A stretch of 62,000 bases of DNA from Vicugna vicugna (taxonomy: Eukaryota): positions 372,001-434,000 of the forward strand of contig MU061538.1 of NCBI GenBank assembly GCA_013265495.1. The letters are read 5' to 3'. This document shows positions 48,490-60,970 of this stretch, one piece after another; position 1 is the first letter of the stretch, and the number at the start of each line of letters is the position of its first letter. The position numbers and the translations under genes were made by a program. The notes under the pieces are model-generated. The model was not told the DNA's origin. It saw only the letters and a program-made list of their open reading frames with translations, and made no database searches.

Positions 48490-48800
48490 GCTGACCTGGA
48501 TCTGAACGCTGGTGCCACCGCTTTTTTCTGTGAACTTGGGGCAGTGACACAGCCTTCATGTGAGCATTTGGGAGGCTGCAGTTCATCCAGTCTCAGCACG
48601 GCTGGTGAGACACGCCTGCTTCACATGCCACCAGGAGAGAGGCGCCCCTGTGCCAGAAATGTCTTGCTGTTGACGATAGTAAGATGCACCTTAAATCAAA
48701 GACGTTAGAATGTGAAAAACTGTGCGAGTTGGAAGTGATGAATTGTGGTGTCCCTCAGCTCATATGTGAGCGTTAAGTAAGTCAGCGTCTAGCACACAGT
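48490..48800. mobile_element. MIR fragment interrupted by a MER104-like (TcMar-Tc2) element at about 48615-48750
   Basis: MIR-like TCTGAACGCTGG...CTGTGAACTTGGGGCAGTGAC...GCCT and GTCTAGCACACAGT flank GATAGTAAGATGCAC...AGACGTTAGAATGTGAAAAACTGTGCG...GATGAA (MER104-like). Confidence 0.5.
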
Positions 48801-50064
48801 GGGGCCACAGGCACAGCTCCTCTTCCATCCTCCCACCTCCTCATTCTGTCAACCCCGGAGGTTGGGAGGCGACCTGAGCTTCCTGTTGTGTGGGGATATG
48901 TCACCTGCAGACGAGGTGTCCGCAGGTCCCAGTGTTGGGGGACAGTCCCCAGGGACACAGCACCCCCTCCAGAGGCTCTCTCTGTGGCAGATACGTCGTG
49001 TTGTGACCCGACTTACAGAGAACAACCACTGGCAGATCCAATCCCAGACCCACGTGTGGTCACGTGTCTGGGGCTGGGGGAGGAGGTCACAGGAGTACTG
49101 GCCGTGAGGTGCCGCCAGGGTGGGGAGGGGGTCTCACAGATGCACACTTGCGGCCGGCCCGGCTGGTGGGAACAGCGTGCTGAGGATGGAGGGGCTGCAG
49201 GGGCGCCGGCGAGCCTGGCTACATGTCCTGGGCCGGAGCAGGTGGTAACGGTGACACCCGCGGAAGCTGGTCCGCTCGGGACTGTGAGGTGGAGGAGGTG
49301 CTCAGGGCCGCGCCATCTGGCACGGGGTCACGGAGTGGACCGCTGACCATGCAGACAGCCACAGGAGTGGAAAGCTTCAAATGTAGCCTGTTTAAATCCA
49401 AACGGATCAGCTCCCCTCCAGCCTGGACTGCCCCCAGGTGGGCTGTCCTGACCCACTCCAGGGCTCCTTACTCTTCGGTGCTGGCCCAGAGCCAGGTGTG
49501 AGGGCCGCAGCCATCTCGGCGTCTCAGGCCCGTCCAGGCCAGCGACTTCACCTCTGGCTGGACTTAGGAATCAACTGGGGGACCTTTTAAACACGGATGT
49601 CCAGACCCCAGACCAACGAATCGGCAGCAGGCAGTGGAGTCCGGCCCCCCCAAACCCCTCAGGAGACGTTACTGTGCACACGGGCTGTTCTGGTGACCTT
49701 GTGGGAACGAGGGTGCAGAGGACCCCGGGGCTGCCCCACACCCTGCAGCCCTCCACTTGGTGTCCCCGAAGGACCTGGGGGGACAGGAAGCCACAGCCGA
49801 GGCAAGGCCAGGAGCAGGGCGAGCTCCCACGTGCTGGCCCCTTAACAGCCTCTTACGGACACGGGATAAGACCCCATGAGAACAGTCTTCATTAGAAATA
49901 CGTATTTTGTTTGAACTTAAGCACGTAATGTAAATAGGATTTAATAATAGAAATCACATTTTGTCAGCTTAGCAACCACTGCTATTAAACTGGAAAGGTA
50001 AATGGAGACCACTTAGTGACTAGAATTAATACTGATTTGGCCTCTTAAACATGGACTAAAAACA

Positions 50065-50153
50065 GGGGGCGCGTACAGCTCAGTGGCAGAGCGTGTGCTT
50101 AGCATACGTGACGTTCTGGGTTCAGCCCCCAGCACCTCCGTTTAAAGCAAAAC
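50065..50153 (+). mobile_element. Second tRNA-Ala-derived camelid SINE (Vic-1 type), short and diverged
   Basis: GGGGGCGCGTACAGCTCAGTGGCAGAGCGTGTGCTTAGCATACGTGACGTTCTGGGTTCAGCCCCCAGCACCTCCGTTTAAAGCAAAA. Confidence 0.85.
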
Positions 50154-51719
50154 CAGAAACCCAAGCCGTGGCCTTCTGCCGGTGCTGAATGAGGGTGGTC
50201 CCAGCCGGCAGGGGTCCCAGGGCCCTGGGAAGGAGGGTGGGAGCCTTCCCAGCTCCGGGGCGGGGCCGCTGCTGGCCAGGTAGGGGTTCTGCAGGGATTC
50301 CTCCCGTCTGTGGGACACGTTCTGGGAGGAGATGTGAGGTGATTGAATCCAAGCTAATGGGCTGCTTAGCGGCTGAGCTGACGTCTTTAACACGCACCCC
50401 GGTCGTTCCTTCTGAAAACTGCATCTCCACCACGGCCGTAGTGCTTGAGGAGAAACGGTAAAACCGGATAGATTCTTAGTTATCCTAGTCCTGGAACACA
50501 GGGATGTTTTCGGTAAGCAAAGTCCACAGATGGTCAGAGGCCTCGTTGTGAGGCTGGTTCCGAGGTTCCCGCCTTCCCCCTCCTGGGTGGCAGGGCTACC
50601 GGGTCCTGTTCTCGTCCCCCCTCGCCCCCTGGACTCGGGCGGTGGTCGCACACCCTGGGCTGCAGCTCTGCCCACATGGCCACACTCGCCACCCACCACG
50701 GCCTAGGAGGTGCGGGGCGTCTGCTGAATGCGGGCCGAGTGCCTTGCGTGCGTTAACCCCGAAGGCCAGCCCGGGGGTGGGCATATCACCCCTCTTTCAG
50801 AGACAGAGGCTGGGACCTGTCCCTGCGAGTGGGGTCCATCCCACCATCCACGGTGTGTCGGACTCCACGTCCACACTACATGCCGGTTGGATAATAGCAG
50901 TTTCTCCCAAAAACAGACCCGTCCAGTCAACCCACGTGAGTCCCTTCAGGCCGTGGCTGAGATGGCTCCTGAGGGCGTCATCTGGAACTTTCCCCACGTC
51001 CGCAGTGAGAGCGACTTCAGGAACCGTGGCCCTTCCCACCCCACCCGCCCCCAGGGCTCCCCCCATCACAGGTGCTGGACGCCAGGCGGTACAGACGCCA
51101 CAAACAGGCCCTGACCGAAGGGAGCCTGTGGTCTTAACATATGTGAAGTAACCACGTGCCAAATATTGCCCAAATATGAAGGGAACAGCCCCGAGCTTCG
51201 GAGTTCAACCAGCACGTCCTCTAATTTCTCATGACGGAACGTGCCCTTGAAAACAAGCCTGCTGGTGCCAGGCCTCACAGTCCCGCTGTCAGGGTGTGTT
51301 CCGGAACATCCTGCCTTTGGTCAACTCCATGGGACAGGAAGCTGGAGGGGAGTGACCCCCCTGCCCCGCTCGCAAATGTGTGATTTAAATTCACATCTCA
51401 CCCTCCCAGTGCCACGGTACCCTCACAACCAGGAAACACGCAGATACACTGGGCCACTCATGCTGATCCACAGACAGAGTTTAAAGCACCGGTCAGTGAT
51501 GGCCAGGCTTGTGGGTTATGAATGGTTCTCTGAATCAGCATGGACACTCCGAGTGCAGCGGGATCGGGGGCCCAGGAGCCAGGGGATGGTGATTCCACAG
51601 ACGAGCTTTATTCCCTGGTGACGAGGCCCCGGGCCCTGCAGTGCATCCAGGTCAGGCAGTGGCCATGTCTTGGGATTCCGGGGTCCTTGGCCTGTCCCGG
51701 CAGGACACAGACATATGGA

Positions 51720-51960
51720 CAGGATTTATAAACACTTCAGGTAAATTAAGGAGAGAGTCACTCAGACTCCTCCCCTGCCCTGGTATCTGATCTCCCTGGT
51801 CTCCCCCTGCTGTCGTCTCTCTGTGACTTTCCACCCCCTGACCCCACTCTGCTCATGGCTGTAAATGCCCAGCTGTCGCTGCTGTGTTCAGAGCTGAGCC
51901 CCCACCTCCCCGCCACAGCACACCTGAGTGAAGTCTTCCCTGCCGCTCTAACAAGAGCCA
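51720..51960 (+). mobile_element. ERV1 LTR fragment (MER31-like)
   Basis: TTTCCACCCCCTGACCCCACTCTGCTCATGGCTGTAAATGCCCAGCTGTC...GCTGTGTTCAGAGCTGAGCCC...CTGAGTGAAGTCTTCCCTGCC...TAACAAG matches the MER31 TATA and polyA region, with both signals degenerate. Confidence 0.6.
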
Positions 51961-51964
51961 GAGC

Positions 51965-54670
51965 CCATCACCACCGTCTTCTCCAGAATTTCCTCATCTT
52001 GCAGAACTGAAGCTCTGTCCCCATCAAACACTAATTCCCCGCCCTTCCCCCAGCCCCCGGCCCCCCCATGCTGCTCTCCATCTCTGTGGATGGGACGACC
52101 CTCAGGACCTCGTGTGCGTGGAATCACAGAGTGTCGGTCCTTCTGTGTCTGGCTTGTTGCTCAGTGTCCTGTCCGCAAGGTTCTCCCACGTGGTAGCAGG
52201 TGTCGGGACTCCCGTCCTCTTGAGGCCGAACACTGTTCCTCTCTAGAGGCGGACCTCGATTTTTGTTTCTCCGTCAGTGGCATTTAGGTCGTCTCACCTC
52301 TTGGTTGCTGCTGGAAGTGTGGGTGTATAAGCCTCTTTCTGAATGCCTGCTTTCAGTTCTTTGGGGTGTATACTCAGAAGTGTGGGTGCTGGGTCATATG
52401 GTAATTCAGTGCTTTATAATAAAACAATTCATGTGATAATTTAACAAGTCCAGCAATTTTAGCACTTTTTTTAGGAGCTGCCATGCCGTTTTACATAGCG
52501 GCTGTACAGTTTTATTTTCCCGTGAGCAATGCATAGGGCTGTAGTTTCTCCACATCTTCGCCATCACATCCTTTTGCGGGCTTTTTGGCTAACAGTCATC
52601 CTCGGGACTGTGAGGTTGTGTCTCATTGTGGTTTCAATTTGCATTCCCCTAACGGTTAGCGGTGCTGAGCGTCTTCTCATGTGTTGATGACCATTTCTGT
52701 GTCTTCTTTGGAGAAACGACTGTTCAGGTCTTTTGCCCAGTTTTAATTGGTGTTTTTTTTTTTAACTGAGTCTAAGAATTCTTTGTATATTAGTCTCTCA
52801 CAAGATACGGGATTTGAAAGTGTTTGTCCCATTCTGTGGGGTAGCTTTTCACTTTCTTGATGATGTCCTTTGATTCACAAAATTCTGGTGAAGTCCAGTT
52901 TACTCTTTTATTCTTTTGTTACCTCTGCTTTTGGTGTCATATCCAAGAAATCATTGCTAAATCCAACGCCGTGAAGACTTCCTCCTATGTTTTCTTCTAG
53001 GAGTTTTACAGTTTTAAATCTTACAGTTAGGTCTTTGGTCCATTTGAGTTCATTTTTGTATATTAAGTGCAGTGCAGGTTCAGTTTTCTCCTTTCTCTTG
53101 TGGATGTCAAGTTGTCCCGGCACCGTTTGCTGGAGAGGTTGTCCTTGCCCTGAATGGTCTCGGCACATTTGTCAGAAATTACCCGACCGTGTACGTGAGC
53201 GTTTAATCCTGGGGGCTCTGCTCTGTCTGCTGTGCTGTGTCTCTGTCTTTGTTTCAACACCACGTTGCTTTGATTGTTGTTGCTTTGCAGTAAGTTTCGA
53301 AACCATGCAGTGTGAATCCTCCAGCTTTGTCACTCTCTTCCAAGTTTGTTTTGGCTAATTAGAGTCTTCCCAGATTCCATATAAATTTCAGTGTGGATTT
53401 TTCCTAAATTGGGCGCTGCAAAAAAGTGGGGGCTCTGCAGAGAATGTCAGTGTGATTTTGATGGGGACAGCGCTGGGTCTGTAGGTTGCTTTCTGTAGTA
53501 TTGACATCTTAGCACTATTAAGTATTACTATCCATGAACATGGGATGTTTTTCCATTTATTTGCATCTTTTTAAGTTTCTTTCAGCAATATTTTGTAGTT
53601 TTCACTGTAAAATCTTTCATCTCCTTGGTTAAGTTTATTGCTTTGATGCTGTTGTAAATGGAATTGTTTTTTAAATTGCCTTGTCAGATGGTTCATTGTT
53701 GCTGTATAGAAACACAGCTGATTTCTGCTTGTAAATTTTGTCCTCTGTAATTCTATTGAAGTCATGTATTAGTTCCAACATTTTTTGTGGAAGTTTTAGA
53801 TTTGTCTCCTTATAGCATCATGTCACCTGCAAACAGAGGTAATCTTCCTTCTTCCTTTCCAGTTTAGATGACTTCTACTTCCTTTTCTTACCTAAGTGCT
53901 CTGGCTAGAACTTCCAGTGCTACGTTTAATGGAAGCAGTAAGAGCGAGCACCCGTGCCTTGTCCTCGATCGTGGAGAAAGGCTTCCCGCCTTCCACCCCT
54001 GCGTGTGTGCTGCCGTGGGCTTTTCACGTCTGGCCTTTGTTTTGTTGAGGTGGATTACTTCTGCTTCTCATTCGTTGAGTGCTTCTTATTGTGAAAAGGT
54101 GTTGACTTTTGTCAAATGCTTTTGTTTTTCTGCATCAGTTGTTATGATCATGTGTTTTTTCTCTTTATTTTGTTAAAGTGTTACATTGATTGATTTCTGT
54201 ATGTTGAACCGTCCCTGAATTCCAGGTATAAGTATCACTTGGTCACAGTGTATAATTCTTTTAACATCCTGCTGAATGATGCTTGCGAGCATGTTGTTGA
54301 GAATTTATACATCAATATTTGTAAGGGATGCTGGTCTATGTTTTCTCTTCTTGTAGTGTCTTTATGTGGCTTTGGTATCGGGATTACTTGGCCTCATAGA
54401 ATGAGTTAGAAAGTGTTCCTTCTGTTTTAGATTTTAGGAGGAGTTTGGTAAGAGTTTGGTTTAAATCTGGTCCGGGGCTTTTCTTGTTGTCGGGAGGTTT
54501 TGTTCACTGATTCAGTCTTCTTACTAGTTTCAGGTCTGTTCACGTTTTGTGTCTCTCTGTGGTTTAACCCTGGCAGGGGGTCTGCTCTAGGACCTCGTGC
54601 GCTTCTTTGGGTTGTCCAGGTTGCCGGCAGATACTTGCTCACAGCACTCCCTTGTGATGCTTTTTACCGC
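51965..54670 (-). mobile_element. L1MB-like LINE-1, antisense: 3'UTR plus about 2.3 kb of degenerate ORF2
   Basis: CATCACCACCGTC...CCAGAATTTCCTCATCTTGCAGAACTGAAGCTCTGTCCCCATCAAACAC is an L1MB2/3-type 3'UTR. Minus-strand ORF relics KWTKDLTVRFKTVKLLEENIG...NDFLDMTPKA (52908-53168) and LPGLNHRETQNVNRP (54427-54642) are L1 ORF2 motifs, with many stops and frameshifts. Confidence 0.92.
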
Positions 54671-57600
54671 TTAGCGTGCTTTGAAAGCATCAACTGTTGC
54701 TACTGTAAAGCATTACTTGATTTGACTTTTTCATCTTTCATCTATAGGTATTACAGGCATTTTTCTCTAGAGGTTATTTCTCCGTACTCTGATTCTGATT
54801 TTGTTCTATAAATATACTTTCTTTGAAGTCTCTTATCCACTCACTGCCCTGTCGTTAGTTTATGAGATTCACCTGTGTGGATTCATATTTAAGGCCAAAG
54901 GCAAGCATTTCATGCTTGCACAGTTATGACACACCGTTGTGCTCGTGGCGGGAATGGGCACTGCAGTCCTGGGATGTGCATGTCCCCGTGTGCTCGAGTC
55001 TGGAAACCTGATGCTGCCTGGTGTGGTCCCGTCTCCCCACACGAGTGCTGTGAAGGCCAGAAGTGCAGACCCCGGAGCATCTCACCAGCTCCTTCAACCT
55101 CTACTTGCTCCCTGGATGCCAGTCTCAGCCACGCCTGTGTGCTCTGAGTGGCTGCCTGTCCAGGCCCTAGCTCAGGTGCGACGTCTCTGTCATATTCCCA
55201 CCCATTTGAGCTCAGACTCAGGTATTTACGAAAGTATGAACCTGATATTCTAGGCAGGAAGCACATTTAAATGATCCCTTTGGTTTGTGGCAATAAATTC
55301 TTTTTGTGGATTTCTAATGTGAATCAGTCATGCAATTTAATTCCAACTCACAGGCCCATGAGCCAAAAGACATCAGGCCCTGTATTAAAGATGTGTCCTC
55401 TGGGAAAGTAGGGTTTTTATTAAAAACTGAAGCAGTGACCCTGACACTTGGCTAGCTCTGTGGGCCCTCATCCTCTTGGCATCAGTCGGATGTTTGCACA
55501 GGGAGGACACCCCACTGAGTGCCCTGCGGTCATTCCTCCCCCGGGACTCAGAGCTGTGGCATCTTTTAAGTTATTTCTTTTGTTCACACATGACAGCTCA
55601 GGGCCGGGAGGAGCCGTGAACCCCGTGTGCAGGCGTGCGCACCACACACCTCTTGTGTTTGTTAGTGCCTGAGGAGCTCTGTGTTCCTCAGACCAGGAGC
55701 CCCGCCTGTCGCACACGCACTGACCGAGACTGGTGAGCAGCATGTTTAAGCCAAGTCACGTAGACTCTTCTTAGATGTTGTGCTGACCCAGCACATGGAC
55801 CCAGCTCTGCAGGAAATGTCACTGCCCTGCGGTCCTGCTGCACCTCTAACCGGTCCTCGTGCCGTTGGGAACGGCTGGGTCCTCTGCTCTGACCCTCCAT
55901 GCTGCCCAGCACCGCGCCTGCGCTCAGAGATGCCCCAGGGAAGCCCTTAGCTTAATCCCAGCAGTTCCCCAGTTTCCCCCACCAAGCGGCCGTCAGTAGC
56001 AGCAGTGCACTGGGCACCAGCATGTGGAAGGGGTACACGTCGTACAACCCAGGACAGAGGCGCCCCAGCGCTGGGGGCACAGCTGGCAGGCTGACGGCCT
56101 GGCAGCTGACCCTGTGGTTAGAGGACGCGTTTGTCAAAATTGGCGTGCTTTTCTCTTGTTTTTTGGGTTTCGCTGACCACTGGCTCGCCTTAGACGTAGG
56201 CAAAGGCCACTTTCTATTGCCGAAAATTGCACCGAGTTTTGGACTTTCTCAGCAGTGTTGTCTGGGAGTGTCCCGCCGGGGCCTCTGGAGCCCAGGCCGG
56301 CAGCGCGCTGCCCTACGGGGCCCAAGGCAGTGCTGCCCTCACCCTCCCCATCTCTCCTTCCTGCTTTGTGCGCTGCCGCTTAAAACCAAAAAGACCGGGA
56401 TGTCTGAAGCAGGGATCTGCTCCGGAGACCGTTTCTTCGAGTGCTTGAGTAACCCCCGCTGCGCGCTGTCTGTGCAGAGCCGAGGGGCTGCTTTTCTCAA
56501 GGGGTCTGAGATGGGCTGGCAGTGCATTCCTGGTTTTTGCCTTTAGAAGAGTTGATGCGGTTTAAAAATTACTGGCAGGGCCTCCCGGTCCTCTGATTAG
56601 ATCCAGAAATTGCTCCCTGCGGAGAAGATGTGAGCCTGTCTCACGTTTCGTGATGGGTTTCCAGCTGCAAGGGATCTCAAGTATCACAAACATGACTAAC
56701 CTTTGGCTGTAGTATTTAGTATTGCTTTTCTCCACCAAAGTACTTATGATCTGGCATAAATTCAGGATATTTATTGCAGAAAGAGGTCGCTTATTCGGCG
56801 GTGAAGCGACATGCTGGGAGGGGGAGTTCCGGGCTCTGCAGCATCAGCGAGCACATCCCAGAGCTGTTCTAGTGCACAGGTGGCCTCTGCGAACCAGGAT
56901 TTCTGGAAAACGGGGTTGGAGGGGTGCTCGTCTCACAGGAAAAGGAGATTTATTTACGCTGACCCAGCGGCACTCCGCTTCGCTCCTGGGCGGGACGTGA
57001 AACCGCACGAAGAAGCGGTGCTTTGTAGAGCTGAGGAGAATGCCGCAAAGCCCCGATGTTTATATTTTAAAATACCATTTTTGATGTATTATTGTTTTAA
57101 TTTATCTTAAAAGATGGTTTAGTAGAAATGAATAGACGTGATGACTGAACAACATGTGGGATGTTTACAGATGTCACCCGACTGTTCCAGAGATTCCGGC
57201 AGAACTGGCCGGGGTCCCTCGAGCACCACAGCGGGTGACAGGTCGGCGCCCCCTCCCCCAGGACAGCAGGGCTCCCTGGCATCACCAAAAGGCCCCCCTC
57301 CCAGCCCCGCGGACTCCCTGCTTCTTTGTCTTGACGTCTCTGGCTTCCCCGCCCCCCGCCATCTAAAGGTCCTCCCGGCAATTAGGAAGGAAATAACAGT
57401 TTAAGATCAAATGTTCAGAGTGCACTTCTCAGACCAGAAACCGAAACTGGCTCACTGTTGCTGGAGCCTCCACTAATGTGACATTTAAAAAAAATAATAA
57501 CTCTTTGAACTGCCTTTCAAGAGCTTCCTCTGGGGGAAGCTGCTCCCGCAAGCACCCATCTTCAAAGGGTGGCGTCGGCTGGCAAGGGAAGGCGGAGACC

Positions 57601-58625
57601 GGCACACCAGCGGCTTCTGCTTCAAAATGCTCGTTTCCCTGGACTTCTCGGGCCCGCATGCTTTCATTCTCCTGTCAGAGCTGTCACGGTCCCTCCACTC
57701 CTCTCTCTTGTCTCTGGGCCAGTCCTACGTCCGAAGCCAGCTTCCTGTCCGGCCCCTGGGCCCCACCGCGCTGCGCCGCTACACAGCCCTCCGCCGCCGC
57801 CCTCAGACAGGTCCGCCCGTCCTGGCAGGACTCTCCAAGGCCTAGGGTGCGGACAGGAGCCACACCGTCTCTGAGGCCTGGAGCAGGACAGGGCTGGCCA
57901 GTGGGGTGACTCAGGGCCCAGCGGTCCGGGCAGGTACCCTGCCCCCGTGAAGGACTGGCCTGGGGTGTCCAGGAGGGCGCTGTCCAGGGAACTGCAGCGT
58001 CAGGCAGGTGAGACCGTCCTTCCAACTTGGTCTGCGCCCTGTGGAGGGGGCAAGACCGGCCTGGGCCCTGGTGTCCCACAGAGGGCCACCTGGGACGTCC
58101 TACAGGGGTTATAACTCGGGCAGTGGTGATGGGGAAGTCCGACGGGAACTCAGGCTGAAGTGTGGTGCAGAGGGACACTCATTGCGGGAGCCAGCGGCAC
58201 AGAGTGGACAGGCTGGTGGGGAGGACAGAGTCCCGAGTCCCCCAGGCTGGGCGCTCACACCAGCACATCTCCACGCAGCTTCTCCTGCGGGCGGGAGCAG
58301 GTGCAGGCCGCTGGGGAGCGGGTCCCAAGAGGAGCTTTGGCTCTGAGCCCCTCTCTTCCTCCCCAGGCCAGCGGCCAGCTCTCAGCTCAGCTGGCAGTTT
58401 TGTTCTGCGTTTTGACCCTCGCAGAGGCTGTCGGGGGCTGAGGGTGGCGGGCATACGGCAGTTGGCTCGTGAGCTTTGAAGAAATCTGGCAGAAAATCAC
58501 AGAATGAGACCCAGTCTGGAGACTGTATAATAGAGCATCTGGAGGACACCCCGGACGGAGAGCGGCGAGCGGGACACGCAGGAGCGCCCAGCACCCACCA
58601 GCGGGCACCCGGCCGGGCAGCGAGA

Positions 58626-58639
58626 GCGCCCTCTGCTGG
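58626..58639 (-). promoter_or_regulatory. CTCF consensus site
   Basis: Minus strand CCAGCAGAGGGCGC fully matches CCASYAGRKGGCRS and lies in a CpG-rich patch. Confidence 0.55.
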
Positions 58640-60889
58640 GCGCAGGCCCTGGGTTGGGCGACACGCGGGCCCGTTCTTGTCTCAGAGGACCCCGGCGGGA
58701 CTGGCCTGTCACCCTCCCTGCGTTCGCTCCTGCCCAGCGGTCGGCCTCTTCCCTTCCTGTCCTCACGTCCCCACGTCCCTCCTCCCTCCAGCTGTTTCCT
58801 GGGATCACCTCCCAGGCAAATTACGTGGACCCGCATCGTATTTGTTAGTTTGTGGAAACACGAACTAATGCAGCCTTCAAAGTGTTTAGTCCCACAGTAG
58901 TGACGTCTGGTGTCTGCGGCTTGGGGGTCAACCTTGGCTACCCGTTCAGGGCAGCAGGGGTTTTCACACGGCCAGGGCAGCGGGCAGGGCGGCCTGTGCC
59001 CGTTCCTCAGGCTGTGGGCCCTCCGTTGCTGGCCGCGGGCCTGAACGCCTGGGTTACATGTTACTAATTTAAAGCGTCTCATTTGTGTGCAGACGTGTCA
59101 GAATGATGACACAGAGTCCTTGCGTGGCACGTGTGAAATGGTGTGGAAAAGTGGTTTCCAGCGTTCTTGGTCTCCGTGACTGCACTCCATGCACGAGCAA
59201 GGTTTCCCGCTGGATCCCCCAGACTGAGGAAACCTCGTTCTCTGAGGACTACTTGGACCTTACTTTTTCCTTTTTAAGTGGCTTCTTGTGAAAAACATCT
59301 ATGAAAACCCTCACGAGGCAAGAGCCAGCTGGAGAGACTTCAGAAAGCAGATGTGGCTGTTTCACAGGAGCAGAAAGTTGGGTTTTTCCCTCCACGCCCC
59401 GCGAAGTGAGTGTGGGAGGTCGGGAGCAGCTCTGCCGCTCTGAGACACGATGGAGTGCCTTCCCTCTCGCTTCCTGCTGGCTCCGGGGCCCGGGCTGGGA
59501 AGTGAGGCCGGGCTGCAGGTCCCAGCAGGAAGCTGTGCCCTGGTTCCTGTTGTGCTTGGGCCTGCCCCCTGCCCTGAGTCTGGGGCCCGGGAGCAGAGGG
59601 CAGCGGGCGTGGTGGCGGTGCAGACAGCCCGTCTGCAGTCTCACCCTTTCCTGGTGGCTTTTCTCAAACTGGACCTGGATGTGGTGACAGAACCCGTGGA
59701 CCAAGCTGAGTGGGGGCTCGTGACAGGCCAGGTAGACCTGGGGCAGGAATGCAGCGCCTCAGACAGCGGCACCCCTGTGTTTCGGGGTGCCAGCCCCCCA
59801 CCCTGCTTTGTGGCCTCGCTGCTGGTGCTCCGGCCCAACCTCGCACTGGCCACGGCCACGCTCCTGGGTTGCAGGGAGCGCCCATGGGGGGCTCACTTAG
59901 GACACCAGTTCCGGCTCGTCCCCTCCCGGTGGCGGCTCTGCCACGACTTGACGGAAGTTGGTGTCTTTGTGAGGCTTCTTCCTGACCGGAGCCTCCAAGA
60001 GCGCGGAGGTCACTGCGGAGCTGGCGAGAGCTCCACCCGAGCTCAGGCGGCCGGCGGGAGGGGCGGGGGCGCGGGGGCGCCTCCAGCTGCTGCGCCCCGT
60101 CAGCTCCCTGCCTTCTGGGCCCAGAGGCCAAGGTGAGTGGGAAGCCCCGAGGGCGGAGGAACCAGACTAGGAGTCTCCGTCTCAGTAGAGCCGCCCCAGG
60201 CTCACACTGCTGGGACGCAGCGGCAGGGCGGACCCCTGGGGCGTGAAGGCAGGCCCTTCGGGACCTCGGCACAGCTCTTCTGTCGGTCCCGTGCCGGCTG
60301 TCGCTGGCTATGCCCCGACCCCCGAGCCTCTTCTCGGTGCTATCCCCGGTATCCCCCAGCCCTGGGTCCTGACGGCCAGCCTGGCGGGCACCCTCGGGCA
60401 GCGCTGGCCAAGATCCCAAGGTGACGGGGATGTTGCAGGTCTTTGCTGCCCAGAATGGCAGCTGCTGGGTCATGCGACCTCTGACACTGGGAGTGTCGCC
60501 AGTGTGACCGAGGACCTTAACTCTGTGTTTGACTTGATCTCAGTTCACGTAAGCTGAATTTGTGGGGCCTTGGAGGCTCCTGGCTGTGCTGAGGACGCTC
60601 CTGTGGTCCTGAGGACCCCGCCCACTGGCCTTAGTGCCTGTGTGACCCTGCAGCCAAAGCACAGATTTGAAAACCCTCCCCTTCACTCTCAGGAGTTCGG
60701 TCATCCTGTGTAAGTGCAGAGCCTTCCAGAATGTGGTGGTTTTCATTAAAAAGCGACCATGTTTAGTGGGTCAGAAAGACGGTGTGGCTTTGATGTTAAG
60801 TAGAACTTTTGGGAAGAGTTTCCTGTAGTTCCATCACTTTAGCACAACTTAAACATCTGGTTTTTAACGTGTGGATGTGACAGGTCTAA

Positions 60890-60970
60890 CATGGAACATG
60901 TGGCGTTTGGTGCTAGACAGACCTGGGTTCAGACCCAGCCTTTGCGTCTTGTGTGCATCACTGTGGCTCC
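60890..60970 (+). mobile_element. Possible MIR 5' fragment
   Basis: GGCGTTTGGTGCTAGACAGACCTGGGTTCAGACCCAGCCTTTGC resembles MIR GGCTCTGGAGTCAGACAGACCTGGGTTCGAATCCCGGCTCTGC. Confidence 0.5.

Noticed and set aside
52908..54642. ORFs with reverse-transcriptase-element similarity
   Set aside because: These are fragments of a dead L1 ORF2 with many stops and frameshifts, not a functional CDS.
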